This document shows positions 36,401-49,402 of a DNA stretch of 64,000 bases, piece after piece; within the stretch, counting starts at the first letter, position 1; every line of letters begins with the position of its first letter. Location of the stretch: NCBI RefSeq assembly GCF_018977255.1, contig NW_024704742.1:103480001-103544000 (forward strand), read 5' to 3'. This stretch comes from Callorhinchus milii (lineage: Eukaryota). The translations under genes and the position numbers were made by a program. The notes under the pieces were generated by a model. That model was not told the DNA's origin. It saw only the letters and a program-made list of their open reading frames with translations, and ran no database searches.

Positions 36401-38376
36401 ACATATATACTCTAATATATTGAGTGGCCACTGATGACAATGTCATGATTCCTCCCTCTCCCCCCCACCCCATCTATTTCCTGTGCCCCCTTTCCCCTAT
36501 GTGCTCTGATTCTCAAACCAAACTCCAAACCATCTTGGATTTCTCAACTGTGAAGCCTCAGGAAAAAGTTTCTTTTTTGGGGGGTGGAGGGGAGTGTTGG
36601 CCCTTAGAGAATTTGTTTTCAAATTTATTTTTATTTTTGTTTTGATTGATTATTTTCAATAACTTTAGCTGAGTGGAAAAAATTGCACTCACCATGGCTC
36701 AGAAAACATTATTTTGTAATCAATTCTAATTTTATAGTGCTAGCTCATAACTATCGATGCAATTAATGAGATTCCTTTATGTGATCTTTAAGTTACATTA
36801 TTGTCAGTGTTAAGGAATGAGTAAAGGAATATCACAAATGTTACCCTATAGTGTTTGCTCCAGAAGATGATTACTTTGATTCTCTCATTCTTCTCAGATA
36901 TTGCCCTTTGATTACATATAGACATTGTGCTGCTGTACTAGAGTATGGTAAACTCTGGAAACCTCGATCCTGTCTTAACTGATCACTACCATTTACCATA
37001 CTGTCAATATCCCAGCCACTGCTCATGCCAAATGTTAAAAAGGGACTTCACTTTGTTACTCTACTTAACACGTAATTCTTGCTCATGCTTAAAATGTAAA
37101 ATTGATTGGATCACTCATCCTTTAAGGCAGGATTTTGCATTTCAGAGGCCTCCTGCCCTGTCCTGTGACTGTTGTGGGCACTCGGCAGAGGTTGGGCGCT
37201 CAGGTGCGGTATCTGCAGCAAGCGAGGGAGAGGGAGCAGTACTGTAGGGCCTGAGTGCATCAGCTTTAACAAAGGGACAATAATTTAACTTAAACAAGTT
37301 TTAACAAATAAGTTGCTCGCTTTGTGCAAGCCAGTGTGTGTTGGTGGATACTTGCTCACAGGGTCCCTTTATGGTCCAGAGGGACCTAAGCCTAAGTCAG
37401 CAATCTAGATAACTGGAAGCTGAGTCCTTTTCCCTTGGAGTGATGAGTTATCCTGAGTTTACTGTATGGACAGTGATTTGGAAATACCCAACTCTCTAAC
37501 AAATATAAAATCTCCATTTATTTCCAGGAAAATTGCAAAATAGCAATTTTTTTTTACATTTGCTATTTTGCAATTCCCATTGAGAGGACTTCCCAAAGCG
37601 CTTCACAGGACACATTGTAAAGAATAGTGTGTCTAGTGGGTGAATGCATGCAGGCCATATCGACACACAGGAATGTCCCACAAACAGCCCTGATGTTACA
37701 GAAGTTTCAGACACACAAATCTAGAGGCACTTGTAATTTTGACAATTCACTGCACTTTATGATCAGACCCAATCGGTATGGCTAGAAAATCATTCCTTGG
37801 GTAAACAGATTATTGCTGCCATCTCACTGCTCAGGACATAACTGTGTTTTCTGTTGGAATTCAAATTTCATCTCTGTTAAAACATTTCAGCTTTGTTAAG
37901 TTATGAATTTGTAACAGTGTCTAACTTGTATAAAATCCATCTAAGTTGCAACCAGCAAATTCAATTTTTAAATTGGAATTTCTTCTTTTCCAATCCACCA
38001 GGGCAGATTGCTGTAGGTTTCCTTCAACCGTTTTATTCAATGGTGCATAGAATTGTAAATGGATCTTTTTGAGGTCTATGAGAGGTAGGACTGAAGCATT
38101 CTGTGAAGAAATTTTCACATTCAGAGTCTAGGCCTCAGCTTTCAATGCAATCACCTAAGATATGTAATATTATGTATTTTGAACCATCTCAATGTACACA
38201 GCCTCTCTCAATCAGGGCTGCTTTTGAGAATTTCGGATTAGACATGTCCCAGCATGAAACCTTGTTTTTCTTCCTGGCTCAGTTTGTAGCAGTCTCGCAT
38301 CTGAGTCCGAAGGTTGTGAGTTCAAGCTCAAAGTCAGGACTTGGAACCCATATATAGTCTATGCTTCATATAGTCT

Positions 38377-38975
38377 GGAGTCCTGTGGTTCAATTCCTTG
38401 CAGGACGAAGTTGGGCAAGTTTCCTTACTCCACACGCCTCTGTTTACCTACCAGTAAGTGAGAACCAGGTTAGTCGATTGGCAGATCGCTTTCCCGGGGG
38501 TAATAATTCCTCCAATAAAAAAAAATGCTAAATTGGTCACTTCAATCCACGACTGTTTGTGGGACACCATTGGCGGGAGAGCCTCCAGCCACTCTGCCCC
38601 CAACCTCTGGAATTCCATCCCCCATCCCCAATCACTCCACCTCGCTCCCTCATTAGCCTCCTTCAAGACCCGCCTCAAGACCCTCCTCTTCAACCATGCC
38701 ATCAGCCACGCGCCTTCCCCCTCCCTCCCTTCTGCCCCCCTAACCCCAGCTCAGGTCTGAAATGCTGTACCCTGTCCAGCGCCTTGGGATGTCCTCCCGA
38801 CATGAAAGGCGCTATACAAATGTAATCTTGTTGTTGTTGTGTGCAATTGGCTACTGCGTATCCCCACAAAATATAGTGAATTCACTTCACAGTATATTCA
38901 GTGAAGCACTTTGAGACATCTTGAAAATGTGATAAGGCACTATATCAAATGCAAGGATTATTATTATAATAATAT
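38377..38975 (+). mobile_element. Longer/older variant of the tRNA(Ala) SINE, split by an L2 insertion
   Basis: Deleted head at 38377, extra segment CTCTGTTTACCTA.CAGTAAGT..GAACC (also at 57150), core resumes at ~38840. Confidence 0.8.
38566..38840 (+). mobile_element. L2 3' fragment inserted into a SINE
   Basis: TIGGRASSHSAPNLWNSIP..FKTRLKTLLF, tail AAATGTAATCTTGTTGTTGTTG; flanked by the two halves of a SINE. Confidence 0.85.
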
Positions 38976-40529
38976 TGTTATAATAATAATCCTTTCATAG
39001 TGTCTTATCAAGTCATTGAAAGGTCTCAAAGTGCTTCCAGGATATACTGTAAAGTAGTGTGACTGTGTGTATTTTGCGAGATAATCCTAGCACAAATGTA
39101 CAGTACGCATTGTGACTACATGAACATAAACATGAAGGATAATGTTTGGAATGGCAGAAATTCTCAACCTCTGTCACCAAATAAGCCAAGATTCTTGCAC
39201 ATCATCAATGTTCACACGACTTGGATTTATTTCCTCTTTGAAAGATCATCTTTCACTCTCCTCCCATTTAAAAGGATGGAAGCATGAAATTGATAGTAAA
39301 ATTCACATTTTTTTTAGATACAATCTGCTTGAGCTCTTTGCAGTCGTAGATTTAAACTTCATTTAATGGAGTTTTTTAGCCAATTAACCTAACTTTTCAA
39401 GCCTACTTTTAGATTCAGTGTGGCACATTCAATTTTGCTTTGTTCAAATAAAATTGTTCTATTGCATCCTGTAATATATTGAAGTGGAGTGGAAGGGTGC
39501 TGATATAAAGCACACTGATATCAATGTAATAAATCATTTTAATTTTATGGTTCACATGTGAAGGAAATTGTGCTAAATAAAAATATATATTGTAAGCACT
39601 ATTCGGATATGTAGATATCATGCCACACTTATTTGAAATTGCAATCTGGTTGAAGTTTCTATCATATCATACTGTCATGGGCAATCAAATAATTTGTTAA
39701 TGCTGTTAATAAATTATTTGCTTGCCCATTTTCCTCCTCCAGCTTTCTCCCCTTCTCCACTCCTGAAAGCACTTCACTCCTTTTCCATTTGACTGCAATA
39801 GGGATCCACAGGCACAAGTTGCTCAGGCAATACTTGAGCTGCCATTGTGTACATGTAAGACCTTTCGAAGCTCTACTGGTTCCCTACAGAGTTTTTCTCT
39901 CCACGAGCCACCCAACCTATTCCCATTCTCTCATTTGCTCCACTTGCTTCTTGTTCAAGATTCATCAAAATCCCATTTAAATAAATCTATGGATTGTGCT
40001 TCAACAACATTTTGTGGTACAGAATTTCACATCCCCACACACCTCTGGAAGAGAAAATGGATTAACATTTTGGTGAGATCCTCATCAAATGAGAATGTTG
40101 CAATTTCTAAACAAATGCTTCATACAATGAAATTAGCATGTGGCATCCAGCTATAAATACAATATTGTATCTACTCTTCCTCTGTACATCATCCCTGAGT
40201 TGAAATCGATATTTATTGAACAAGTAANTTTTTTTCTCAGTCTTTCCTTTGCAGTACAAAAAGCAAGCTTTTAAAACAGAGTTTGGTGTCATCTCACCAC
40301 TTCTTGATTTCTCTTATTCCCACTCCCATTTTTTTCTCATTCAGGTTACCTCTACGACCCCTCTTCACCTATGTTTTTCAATTTTAAAAATGGCTGGTGT
40401 TTGTAAGGTTTTATGTTGCAGGATAAATGTGATAACTTTATTTCATCAATGGTTATGATCAGCTTCAGAAAATCAATATCTAATATAATTATTATATGTC
40501 AGACATATAAGTTCAGCATTTCATCGGTG

Positions 40530-40765
40530 AGGACTGATGGATGGCAGAGTACTATGCTTTTACCTCTAGGACCTGAGTTTAAATCTGATTTGAACAGACA
40601 AAATGAAAGTCTCCTCTGGCTGATGGATTTCTAGAGTTCTAAATTAATTAAGTTGAGCAGTGTCATGCTGGCATTTAATTGTGTTCATACACAGTATATT
40701 GTTGACTGTACAAAACTGCCATAATCTAATAATTAATGAGACTCATATCTGAGACCCCACGAGGA
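40530..40765 (+). mobile_element. Ancient LF-SINE-like fragment
   Basis: GCTTTTACCTCTAGGACCTGAGTTTAAATC..GAAAGTCTCCTCT..AAAACTGCC resembles the LF-SINE-type head and body as I recall it; heavily decayed. Confidence 0.35.
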
Positions 40766-40809
40766 AAACAGATACAGAAATAGAATGTCAACAAAGTAAT
40801 AATGATATT

Positions 40810-41235
40810 AAGCCTTACATTTGACATAGCGCCTTTTACGTCGGGAGGGTATCTCAAAACTCTTCACAGGATATACTGCAAAGTGGAGTGACCAGTGTAT
40901 TTTGTGGGTGGAACAAGCAGCTAATTTGCATACACTAAAATCCTACAAACAGCCATGAAGTGAATGTTTTATTTGGGAGATTGTAGACATAAAAAAAAAC
41001 TCCCTTCACTTTTCAATAAGGAAGTTGGCATCTTTAGTGAACCTGTGAACAGACAGACCGGACCTCGGTTTAGCATCTCATCTGAAGGATAGCACCTCCA
41101 ACAAGGCATTGCAACCTCAAGATTGTGTTGAGTGTCAACATAGACTATATGAGTTCAAAGTCCTGACGTGGGGCTTGAATGTACAACTTTCTGATTCAAA
41201 GGTGAGAATGTTACCAACTGAGCCAGGTTGACACC
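40810..41235 (-). mobile_element. SacSINE1-like SINE
   Basis: GACCTCGGTTTAGCATCTCATCTGAAGG, GGGGCTTGAA..ACAACTTTCTGA, ACCAACTGAGCCA. Confidence 0.72.
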
Positions 41236-41539
41236 ATACAGAGAATACAGAAAGCAGTATAGGGGATGCTCTACTAAGATAGAGATTTGTTGCTGGAGTA
41301 ATTTATAGGGAGCTGTATCCCATATTCATTTAATCACATGGAGCTACATAGAATTCAATAGATTGTGCAATACTGAAACAGGCCAATCGGCCAACTAGTT
41401 ATGCCAGTGTTTATACTTCGCATGAGTCTTCAGTCTAAACCCAACACCATGTCTCCCTCCCATACCCCTCTATTCCCTTCTTCCTTATGTCTGCAGCAAG
41501 CTCAACTGTTATGCTTGACCAAAGTGCTTAGTGCAGTAG

Positions 41540-41798
41540 AACAACAACAATAACTTGGATTTATATAGCGCCCTCCACACCGGACAGAGTCTCAGAGCGC
41601 TTTACAGTAACGGATCCCGGGACCGAGCCAGGGGGATGGGGAGGAAGGTGACCAAAGGCACGGTCAAAAAGAAAGGTCTTCAGCAGAGACCTGAAAATGG
41701 GAAGGGAGAGAACGAGACAAAGGGAGTGAGGAAGGGAGTTTCAGAGCCTCGGGGCACAGTGGCTGAAGGCACGGCCGCCGAGGGTGGAACGGAGGACT
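41540..41798 (-). mobile_element. L2 3' fragment of the same subfamily as 47120-48095
   Basis: Reverse complement closely resembles ~47885-48090 (GGATCCCGGG..CGAGCCAGGGGG..GAGGAAGGTGAC..AAAGAAAGGTCTTCAGCAGAGACCTGAAAA). Confidence 0.8.
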
Positions 41799-42569
41799 GA
41801 ACTAAAAGAAAGAAATTCCAAATAACAAACAAAGAAATAAGTAAAGCAGGTTAAAATAAAATAACGCGTCTGAAGGTTGACCTATGAAATGTCAGGGNTT
41901 TTTTTTGCTGGTTGCTTTGTGGCATAAACCACTTATATAATCCAGTGATATAATGTACAAGTAGTGTTTCATGTCTATCCCTGTTTTCTCTTCAAAGAAC
42001 TTAGACATTGTTCTATGCCTATGCAAAGAAACAAGTTTTTTTTAAAAAAAAGAAAGCTGCAAATTCATCATGTTTTACGGGTTCAGAATGACAATTGTAT
42101 CCCTTCCCTGAATAATAAATCATATGCCTTGAAATAAGAAACTCACAATTTCTGTTACAGATCTTCAAATGAGAAATGCCTTTGTGTATTGAAAACATCA
42201 ATCAAGGTCAGAATAATAGACAACAAGCAATGATCTGATCCAGAAATTTCAAGTCACCTCATAAACCATGAATGAAAAACTCAAAGTGGTTTATGAACAC
42301 TGCGTGAACCCTCAGTTCAATTGATTGCAATTTTGGAATTATAATATTCCTTTGTTTCTTATTATTTATAATTTATACTGGAGTTCTTAGACTGTTAGAA
42401 AATTTGGTAGATGATTGTTCTCAATTGAATCTAATCTAATGGCCTCAGGCTAAGACCATGAGAAATGTTTTCCACACAAGCTATAAGTTTTGTCAATTGA
42501 AAGAACATTATTTGTGAACCCCACACTATAATCAGGCAGTAGATTTAAGTCTGTTGGAATTTACATAAT

Positions 42570-42905
42570 ATACATTGTCACTCCAATAGGGTCCTGGGGG
42601 CGTGCTGCATTGTTGGAGGTGACGTCCTTCGGATGAGATGTTAAACTGAGGTCCCTTCTGCCTGTTCAGATGGACTACTAGAATAGAGAAGGGAGTTTCA
42701 CCTGGTGTCCTGGCCAACAATCCCCCAAATAAAATTGGTCATTCACATCATAGATGTTTTTGGGACACGAATTGCTACATTTGCCTGCAAAATATACTAT
42801 CACTACATTGATGGTAAAATCCTATGCAGTTCTTTGAGAAGTCTCGATGACATGATTAAGCATTATATCAAGGGCAAGTGCAAGAATAGCAAGGATTATT
42901 ATTAG
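42570..42905 (+). mobile_element. SacSINE1-like SINE, 5'-truncated
   Basis: GTGCTGCATTGTTGGAGGTGACGTCCTTCGGATGAGATGTTAAAC..GGTGTCCTGGCCAACAATCCCCCAAATAAAATTGG. Confidence 0.7.
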
Positions 42906-44779
42906 TCATTCAACCAGAAACTTTTTTGGGAACCATTGAATAAAATAATATCTCACATACTGATGAAGTACAACAACAACAAAATTACAATTGTATAGCA
43001 CAGAACAATACCCATTTTTCTTAGAGAATAAATCTATAAATAAAATTGCAATTACAATATATTTCATGTAGAAGCACTTGATATTTTTAATATTTCTCAA
43101 ACATTCTACACAATCCTGTAATATGCCATAAATTATCATAGACATTAAAAAAGTATGAAGGCAAATAAGAGAAACATTCATTTTCCAAGATTGGAACTTC
43201 AAGATGATATAAACAGGAACAGGATATATTAGAAAATTGATAATTCTGTATTGGCAAAGAGCATTCCTTCATTCTGTTCTATTACTGTGACCGATGTAAG
43301 TATTGGATCTCTATATCTGTGAGGTTGTTCACTCTAGACAGTGGTTTTATCTGACACATGCAAAAATCTATCACCATGCTTAAGATTACCCAATCCAGAC
43401 GGAGACTTGCGCATAATTATCCCGGTGCTTGGAATGGAGTGCGCACTCTCTCCCGAGAGGGATGCATTTGGTTTACATAATTCCGGAGAGTATTAGACAT
43501 AGGTTGACAAAGCTCGGGGACCCGAGCATTGAGTTTAACCAGTTAAATTGGCAAGTAGTTTGCTACTGAAAGCACTATCTGGCAAGCTTGTCCAGCTAGA
43601 AACACCTTACCCATTAGAGCTTTGGCTTTCAGGATTAACATGAGCTGAATGGGAAGAATCCCTCCCAGGGATAAACTCCAAGGAAACCCTGATCAGCCCC
43701 CCCACCCCCCTTCCAAGAAAGGTAGAGACTTGTTCGTCATTTGATATCCAACAAGCACAGGTTTGAGGCCTAAAATAAAGCTATTGTCCTCAGTAGCTGT
43801 ACTCCAAAATTGCCCGTTATTTATCATCTCTTCAGTCTCTGCAATACCCACTCCATCTCTTTTGCATTTCCTCATATTTATCCTACCACTAAGAAAGGGG
43901 TTATGTCATTTAGAGTGTATATACAACTTTAATATAAACATTTAAAAGTAAAATCCCAAGTATTAACATCATGGTAATTTTACATCTGTAAACATACTTT
44001 CAAATGAATCAAAGTTATTTCTAGGTGCAAAGGGACAATTTGCAAAAAATTTACAACAGAATATGTTACAGAGTCAAAAATATAATTTGGTGCAGTAATA
44101 GCACCGATGGTGCTCTGATGGTCACTGGGTGTTTTATGTATCTCTGTTTGATACTGGTTCACAGAGTTATTTTCGTTGCTGAACTGTATAAATAGCCACC
44201 ATCTTCTATGTAATATAGCTATGTCACAGGCAGCAGTCTGATATAATTATCTCTGTGAGTAACACTCAGGGCTGCACATGAGTATATTTTAACAATGTGA
44301 GACAGATGTCTGCGACATATTCTAATTATAACATTTGTACCTACTGTGTTTTCAACTGGAAGAAATATGAATGCTTGATGAATGCTTCTGTGTTATTTAC
44401 AGTCTAAGAAAATCAGGTGAAACTAAATTGTGATCTCAGTGTAAATGATAAACTATTTCTCCACACAAGTATTATAAGATACTATTATAAGATAGAAGAT
44501 ATGTGGAAGTTTTAAAATCAAATTTGCTTTGTCAGAAGTAAGTCTCCTCAAATCATAAGAGAGAGCGTTATACAATAGCTGTGGTTATGGCACACAGTCA
44601 AGACTGGAACCGTAACATGGGTTTATTCTTGGACAGCAGCTATTGGTAATGGGTTTTTGTATATTTGTTTATATTGGTCATTGAATTAAACATTCAAATG
44701 AGCTTTTTGATACCAGGGTAAAATAAGTCAAACAAGGTTGAGTTTTAATGTTTTAATGTTTAATACCCTTTAATAGGAT

Positions 44780-45300
44780 GCGGTCAGACATATAGATTGA
44801 CCCGGGGAGTTAGGCTCACGCACGCTAAGATCAGGGACTATATACCGAAGGACAAGCTGAAGTTCGGCCCCATCATGGCAAAGGCCAGATGGACACTGAC
44901 CCTGGCAGGAGCTGCTCCAGCACAAATTGCTCAGGGCGCACCCAAAACTGACAGAAGGATACTCCAGATGTAACCAAAGAGAATCTTGAAAATGCACGTA
45001 CGGTAAACATGTGCGTGTACGATGCACGTCGGAGTGTCTTCCAAGAGCGGCAAGTGCGCCTCATCAGGGTGTGCGTGGGCGCGACATGGCTATGGTGTAC
45101 ACAGGGGCGACTCCCGACTGTGCTAAAGGGAGCGTCCCAAAAAATGTGTGCACAATCTATGTTCGCGGAAGAAATGTACCGTAAACAACGGAATGTTTTT
45201 TGTATCGGGAGAAACGGAAAAATTGAAACAGAAGATTTTGTGCTTGTTTTGGATTTCTGTTGTACCAAATATATTCATAAGTAAACATATATTTTTTTAA
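44780..45300 (+). mobile_element. Tx1/L1-clade LINE 3' fragment (ORF2 C-terminus plus 3' UTR)
   Basis: My translation from 44809, VRLTHAKIRDYIPKDKLKFGPIMAKARW (stop TAA 44971-44973), resembles from memory the chondrichthyan Tx1-like ORF2 end (RLAHSKVQDYVLRDALKLG...AKARW). CpG-rich; ends ATATTCATAAGTAAACATATATTTTTTTAAA. Confidence 0.55.
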
Positions 45301-47119
45301 AGATTGTTAACTCTGCATCTGTACATCTGCATTCAACAACAATAACTTGCATTTATATAGCGCCCTTCACCCAGGGTAGTGTCACGGAGAGCTTGGGACT
45401 ATATTGCAGGTAACACCATCTGCATCATATATACTCACACATACACTTACATCTAACACACATTGCTTCATTATAGTGCACACCATAAACCAGTGTCACT
45501 GCAGTAGTGGTGGGGAACTCAGTACAATAGCACATGACACACATTCAAATTCCCACTTTATCTCCCCTATATAATGCTTTTGTTGCCATAAAGTATAGAA
45601 ATTTTTGAGAATACTGTCCAAATGTCCACTAAAATGCAAATGCATCAAAAATGGTTTGGAAAATAAGGAAGTAGAAACTGTATTAGTGACATTTTAAATC
45701 ATTAGAACAACCCTATTTAGCATTCATTCTGAATTTTACCACTGATGGTTTTAAGTAATTGAAAGTCCTCAAGGAAACAAAATAAGTCATACAAGGCTGA
45801 GGTTTACTGTTTTCATAAAAATTGTGCAACGCTACTTATATTTGTAGTAAATAATTAAAATCCCAAGATATATTTCAAAATATTAGAATATGAATATTCA
45901 TGTGGCAATAAATATTGAGACTACAACGGCTCAAAGGTCATAAATTAGTTATGAATGCCTTAATCTTGTTTTCTGGTCCATACTTGCTTATTAAAGGTAT
46001 TGTAAGCGCACAGAAAGACAAACACACAAAGACACATACTGGAGGCACTGTTGGCAATCTATGAGTTAGTAAGTGGATTTAGACGCTCGGCTACACAGTT
46101 CCTGCTCTGAGCTCAGTGCAATTGAAGTCAAAGTATGCACAGAGCTCCACTAACTGGTATTAAATACTGGTCATATTTTAACACTAACATTTTCACAGCT
46201 TTCAAATAACTTCCAAAGCCATAAGATTGCTCCCTTCAACTCCAGGAACTTTTAAAAGGTAAAATATTGATCTTAAAAGATAAATGCTCTAGTAGCTGTT
46301 GGAGCCCAAAAATGATATAACGCAATGTCTCCGATATGCTCTCACATGGTTTCACTGTCTAGATTGGCAGTCTAATGTATTGCTTGGGAAGCATTGCATT
46401 GTCAAAGATGCTATCCTTCAGATAAGATTCTAAACCAAGGAGGTCCCAGAAGTCTGTTCATATGATTTTTATGATACTAATTCTAAAATCCCAATTAAAA
46501 TCATTTCCAGTGATTTGACACAAAATAACATTTATATCACTTTCATTGTTGTGTTCCTCTTTGACTTGGCAGTATAATCAAATTTTCTAATTATCATGAG
46601 ATTAACTCCTATATCTATTCACTTTAGATGCTAAAATGCTATGAAAATGATCCATTATTACAGACTAATTATTAATGAACAAAAAACTAAATGCAACAAT
46701 TGAATGGCTTCATTCAACTCTGATGGGCTCAGGTCTATGTACCAACAATCCCTGAGGGGCTCCATCACAACTTTTCCATTTCCCATATTGCTTTCCCTTG
46801 ATTAGTATCCCAAGGGAATAATATACGGAGGGTAATAAAGGGCTTTATTAAACCAGAGATAATTACAATGCAGACACTCTCTTTTAGTTCAATGACACAG
46901 ACTGTAATTTAAGATCATTCTTTGCAAAGTATTAATGCTGCAGGACACCTACAGTATTAAATCAACAGTTTTTATCTCTGAATTAATGCCACCTTCTTTC
47001 ACAAAATCAACTTAACATTATATCAATCTGTTCGAGGAGGATGAATAGGGGGAAACTAATAATATTTTTAAATCAATAGAATATACAGTATATCTCCTTG
47101 TACTGTAACTGTAATATCC

Positions 47120-48095
47120 TTGGCCCCTCCTTTTTCTGATCAATATGCTCTCTCTTGGGGATGTCATCCGCAAACATGGGGTACACTTCCACATGTATGC
47201 AGACGACACCCAACTCTATTTTTTCACCTCTCTTTGCAACCCCCAGTCCCCTTATGTTTTGTCAGTCTGCCTGTCAGATCTCAGGGGCTGGATGAGCGCA
47301 AATTTCCTTCAGCTGAACGTTGAAAAGACGGAAGCCATACTCTTTAGCTCTCGTCAACGTCTAAAATCTCATGGCTCTCACCTCCTCCACCTACCCGACC
47401 TCCCACTAAAACTCTCCAAACCTGTACGCAACCTAGGTATCAGGTTCGACCCCCAATTATGCTTCCTCCCCCACATCCGGTCTCTTACCAACACCGCCTT
47501 CTTCCACCTCCAAACCATCACCCGTCTCCATCAATACCTCTCCCTAAAAGCCGCTGAAACCCTGGTCCATGCCTTTGTCACCTCTCGGCTGGACTACTCT
47601 AATGCCCTCCTCGCCGGTCTCCCATCCACTACCATCCACAAAATCCAAATCATTCAAAACTCTGCCGCCCGCTTTCTCACGCACACCAAACTCCGTTCCC
47701 CGATCACCCCAGTCCTTGCCAGACTGCACTGGCTGCCTATCCCAGAGAGGATCAATTTCAAGATCCTCACTCTTGTATTCAAGTCCCTGCACTCCTCTGC
47801 ACCCCCCTACCTCTCTGACCTCCTCTCTCCTCAAAACAGTACTCATTGCCTTCGTTCCTCCGGGCCTGACCTCCTCCTCATCTCCCGAGTCCTCCGCTCC
47901 ACCCTCAGCAGCTGTGCCTTCAGCCACTATGCCACGAGGCTATGGAACTCCCTTCCTCACTCCCTTTGCCTCGCTCCCTCCCTTCCTATTTTCAGGTCTC
48001 TGCTGAAGACCTTTCTTTTCGACTGCACCTTTAGTCACCTTCCTCCCCCTGGCTCGGGCCCGGGATCCGTTACTGTGAAGCGCTCTGAGACGCCA
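47120..48095 (+). mobile_element. L2 LINE, RT C-terminal half to 3' end
   Basis: [64 protein letters not shown]. Confidence 0.93.
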
Positions 48096-48099
48096 CCGG

Positions 48100-48350
48100 G
48101 TCTTCAGCCTTTCTGCCTCCATCATATGGAACTCCATCCCACATTCCTTTCACCTCACTCCCTCCATCGTCTCCTTCAAGGCATGTCTCAAAACCCCCAT
48201 CTTCGACCGAGCCTTCGGCCACCTTCCTACCCTTCCTGTCCTGTCTGATCCTGACCCCCAGCTCGGGTCCAAACCCTTCACTGTCCAGCACCTTGGGACG
48301 TCCTCCCGACATGAAAGGCGCTATACAAAAGGAATGTTGTATTGTATTGT
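48100..48350 (+). mobile_element. Second L2 3' end directly behind the preceding L2
   Basis: TGGAACTCCATCCC...CTCAAAACCCCCATCTTC...CTTGGGACGTCCTCCCGACATGAAAGGCGCTATACAAA and a TTGTA tail. Confidence 0.8.
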
Positions 48351-49203
48351 CAGTGTAATACTAGCTCTGGTTTCTAGGGATGTTCCCAGAATTTTATGAA
48401 GCTCTTCAGAAAAATAAATTTTGTCCAAAGTCAGAGAGGTTACAAGCAGGTCTCTGAATTGGGCAAGTGAGTAAAAACATCACTATAAAATCATCAACAT
48501 TGCCAAAACTTTGATAAGAACTATCACAAGTCTCCTTCCCAGAGGCTGTACTTGAGAGACTCCACTCAGCCATCCCCATGGTGAAGCAGTTGATGGTTTG
48601 TGCTCTAGTCACATTATATCATGGGTATTGAAATCTATGCTATCTCTCAGGTGCAGTAAGCTAGCTCATTTTGAAATCCAGCATTATTTTCACGATCTTG
48701 TGAGTTCAGTAAAGTTTTGGTATTTATATAAGACAGTTTGAAATTATTGTAAAGATTTAATAATGCTTATATACTGTATTTGTATTCATAGAGTATTTTT
48801 CTGATGAGAACCCTCACTTTTATTATGGTTTCTAATTGAGCCACCTTCACTTGCTCCTGCTCAAGAGACCATGAACTGTTCCATGTCTACATGACAATCC
48901 CAGTTCTGAGCTATCAGAACTAATTGCAAAATTTAGATAGCAGAAACAGACTCAACAAGCAATTAAGGCTGGTACTTTGCTGTTTCACTAATCTTTTTTT
49001 CTTTTGTGTTTCCTTTGTAAATATTATAAATTCTGTATACATTTAACTCATTTTTATCTCTCCCATTTCATTCCTCTACCATTCCAAATGAAAGCCTATG
49101 AATGTCTTGTTCTATTACATACAGTATATCAGTATATTCTATGACTTGAAAGGACATGATGAAGGGGGAACTGTTCATCCGAGGTTATGTCAGGATAACT
49201 TAC

Positions 49204-49402
49204 ATCCTGTCCAGGAAATGTTGAGCCCATCAATATCACAGCGTATAGTAACAGAGAGACATGGAAAGTTAGAGTTAAAAGAAAAACAACTTCTCCTCAG
49301 ATAGGTGGACTGCTTCTTCTCCTGGATCATAAATACTGTATATGCAGGACGGCAGAACATTTCTCCTTCCATCGGGTTAGTTTGAAGTTTGTGATCTGAC
49401 AT
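49204..49402 (-). other. Candidate distal alternative KCNN2 exon (first exon from ATG 49402, or internal 192-nt exon from 49395)
   Basis: Repeat-free ORF MSDHKLQTNPMEGEMFCRPAYTVFMIQEKKQSTYLRRSCFSFNSNFPCLSVTIRCDIDGLNISWTG ending at donor GGAT|GTAAGT (49204/49203, phase 1); possible acceptor CTTTTCGTGCTCTTGATACATGTCAG|A (phase 1). Confidence 0.35.

Noticed and set aside
40228..40228. Single ambiguous base n
   Set aside because: Assembly ambiguity next to a poly-T run; no biological meaning.
47145..48248. 367-aa RT-like ORF as an active element or domesticated gene
   Set aside because: 5'-truncated L2 lacking the endonuclease and N-terminal RT motifs; reads through into a second L2 3' end.
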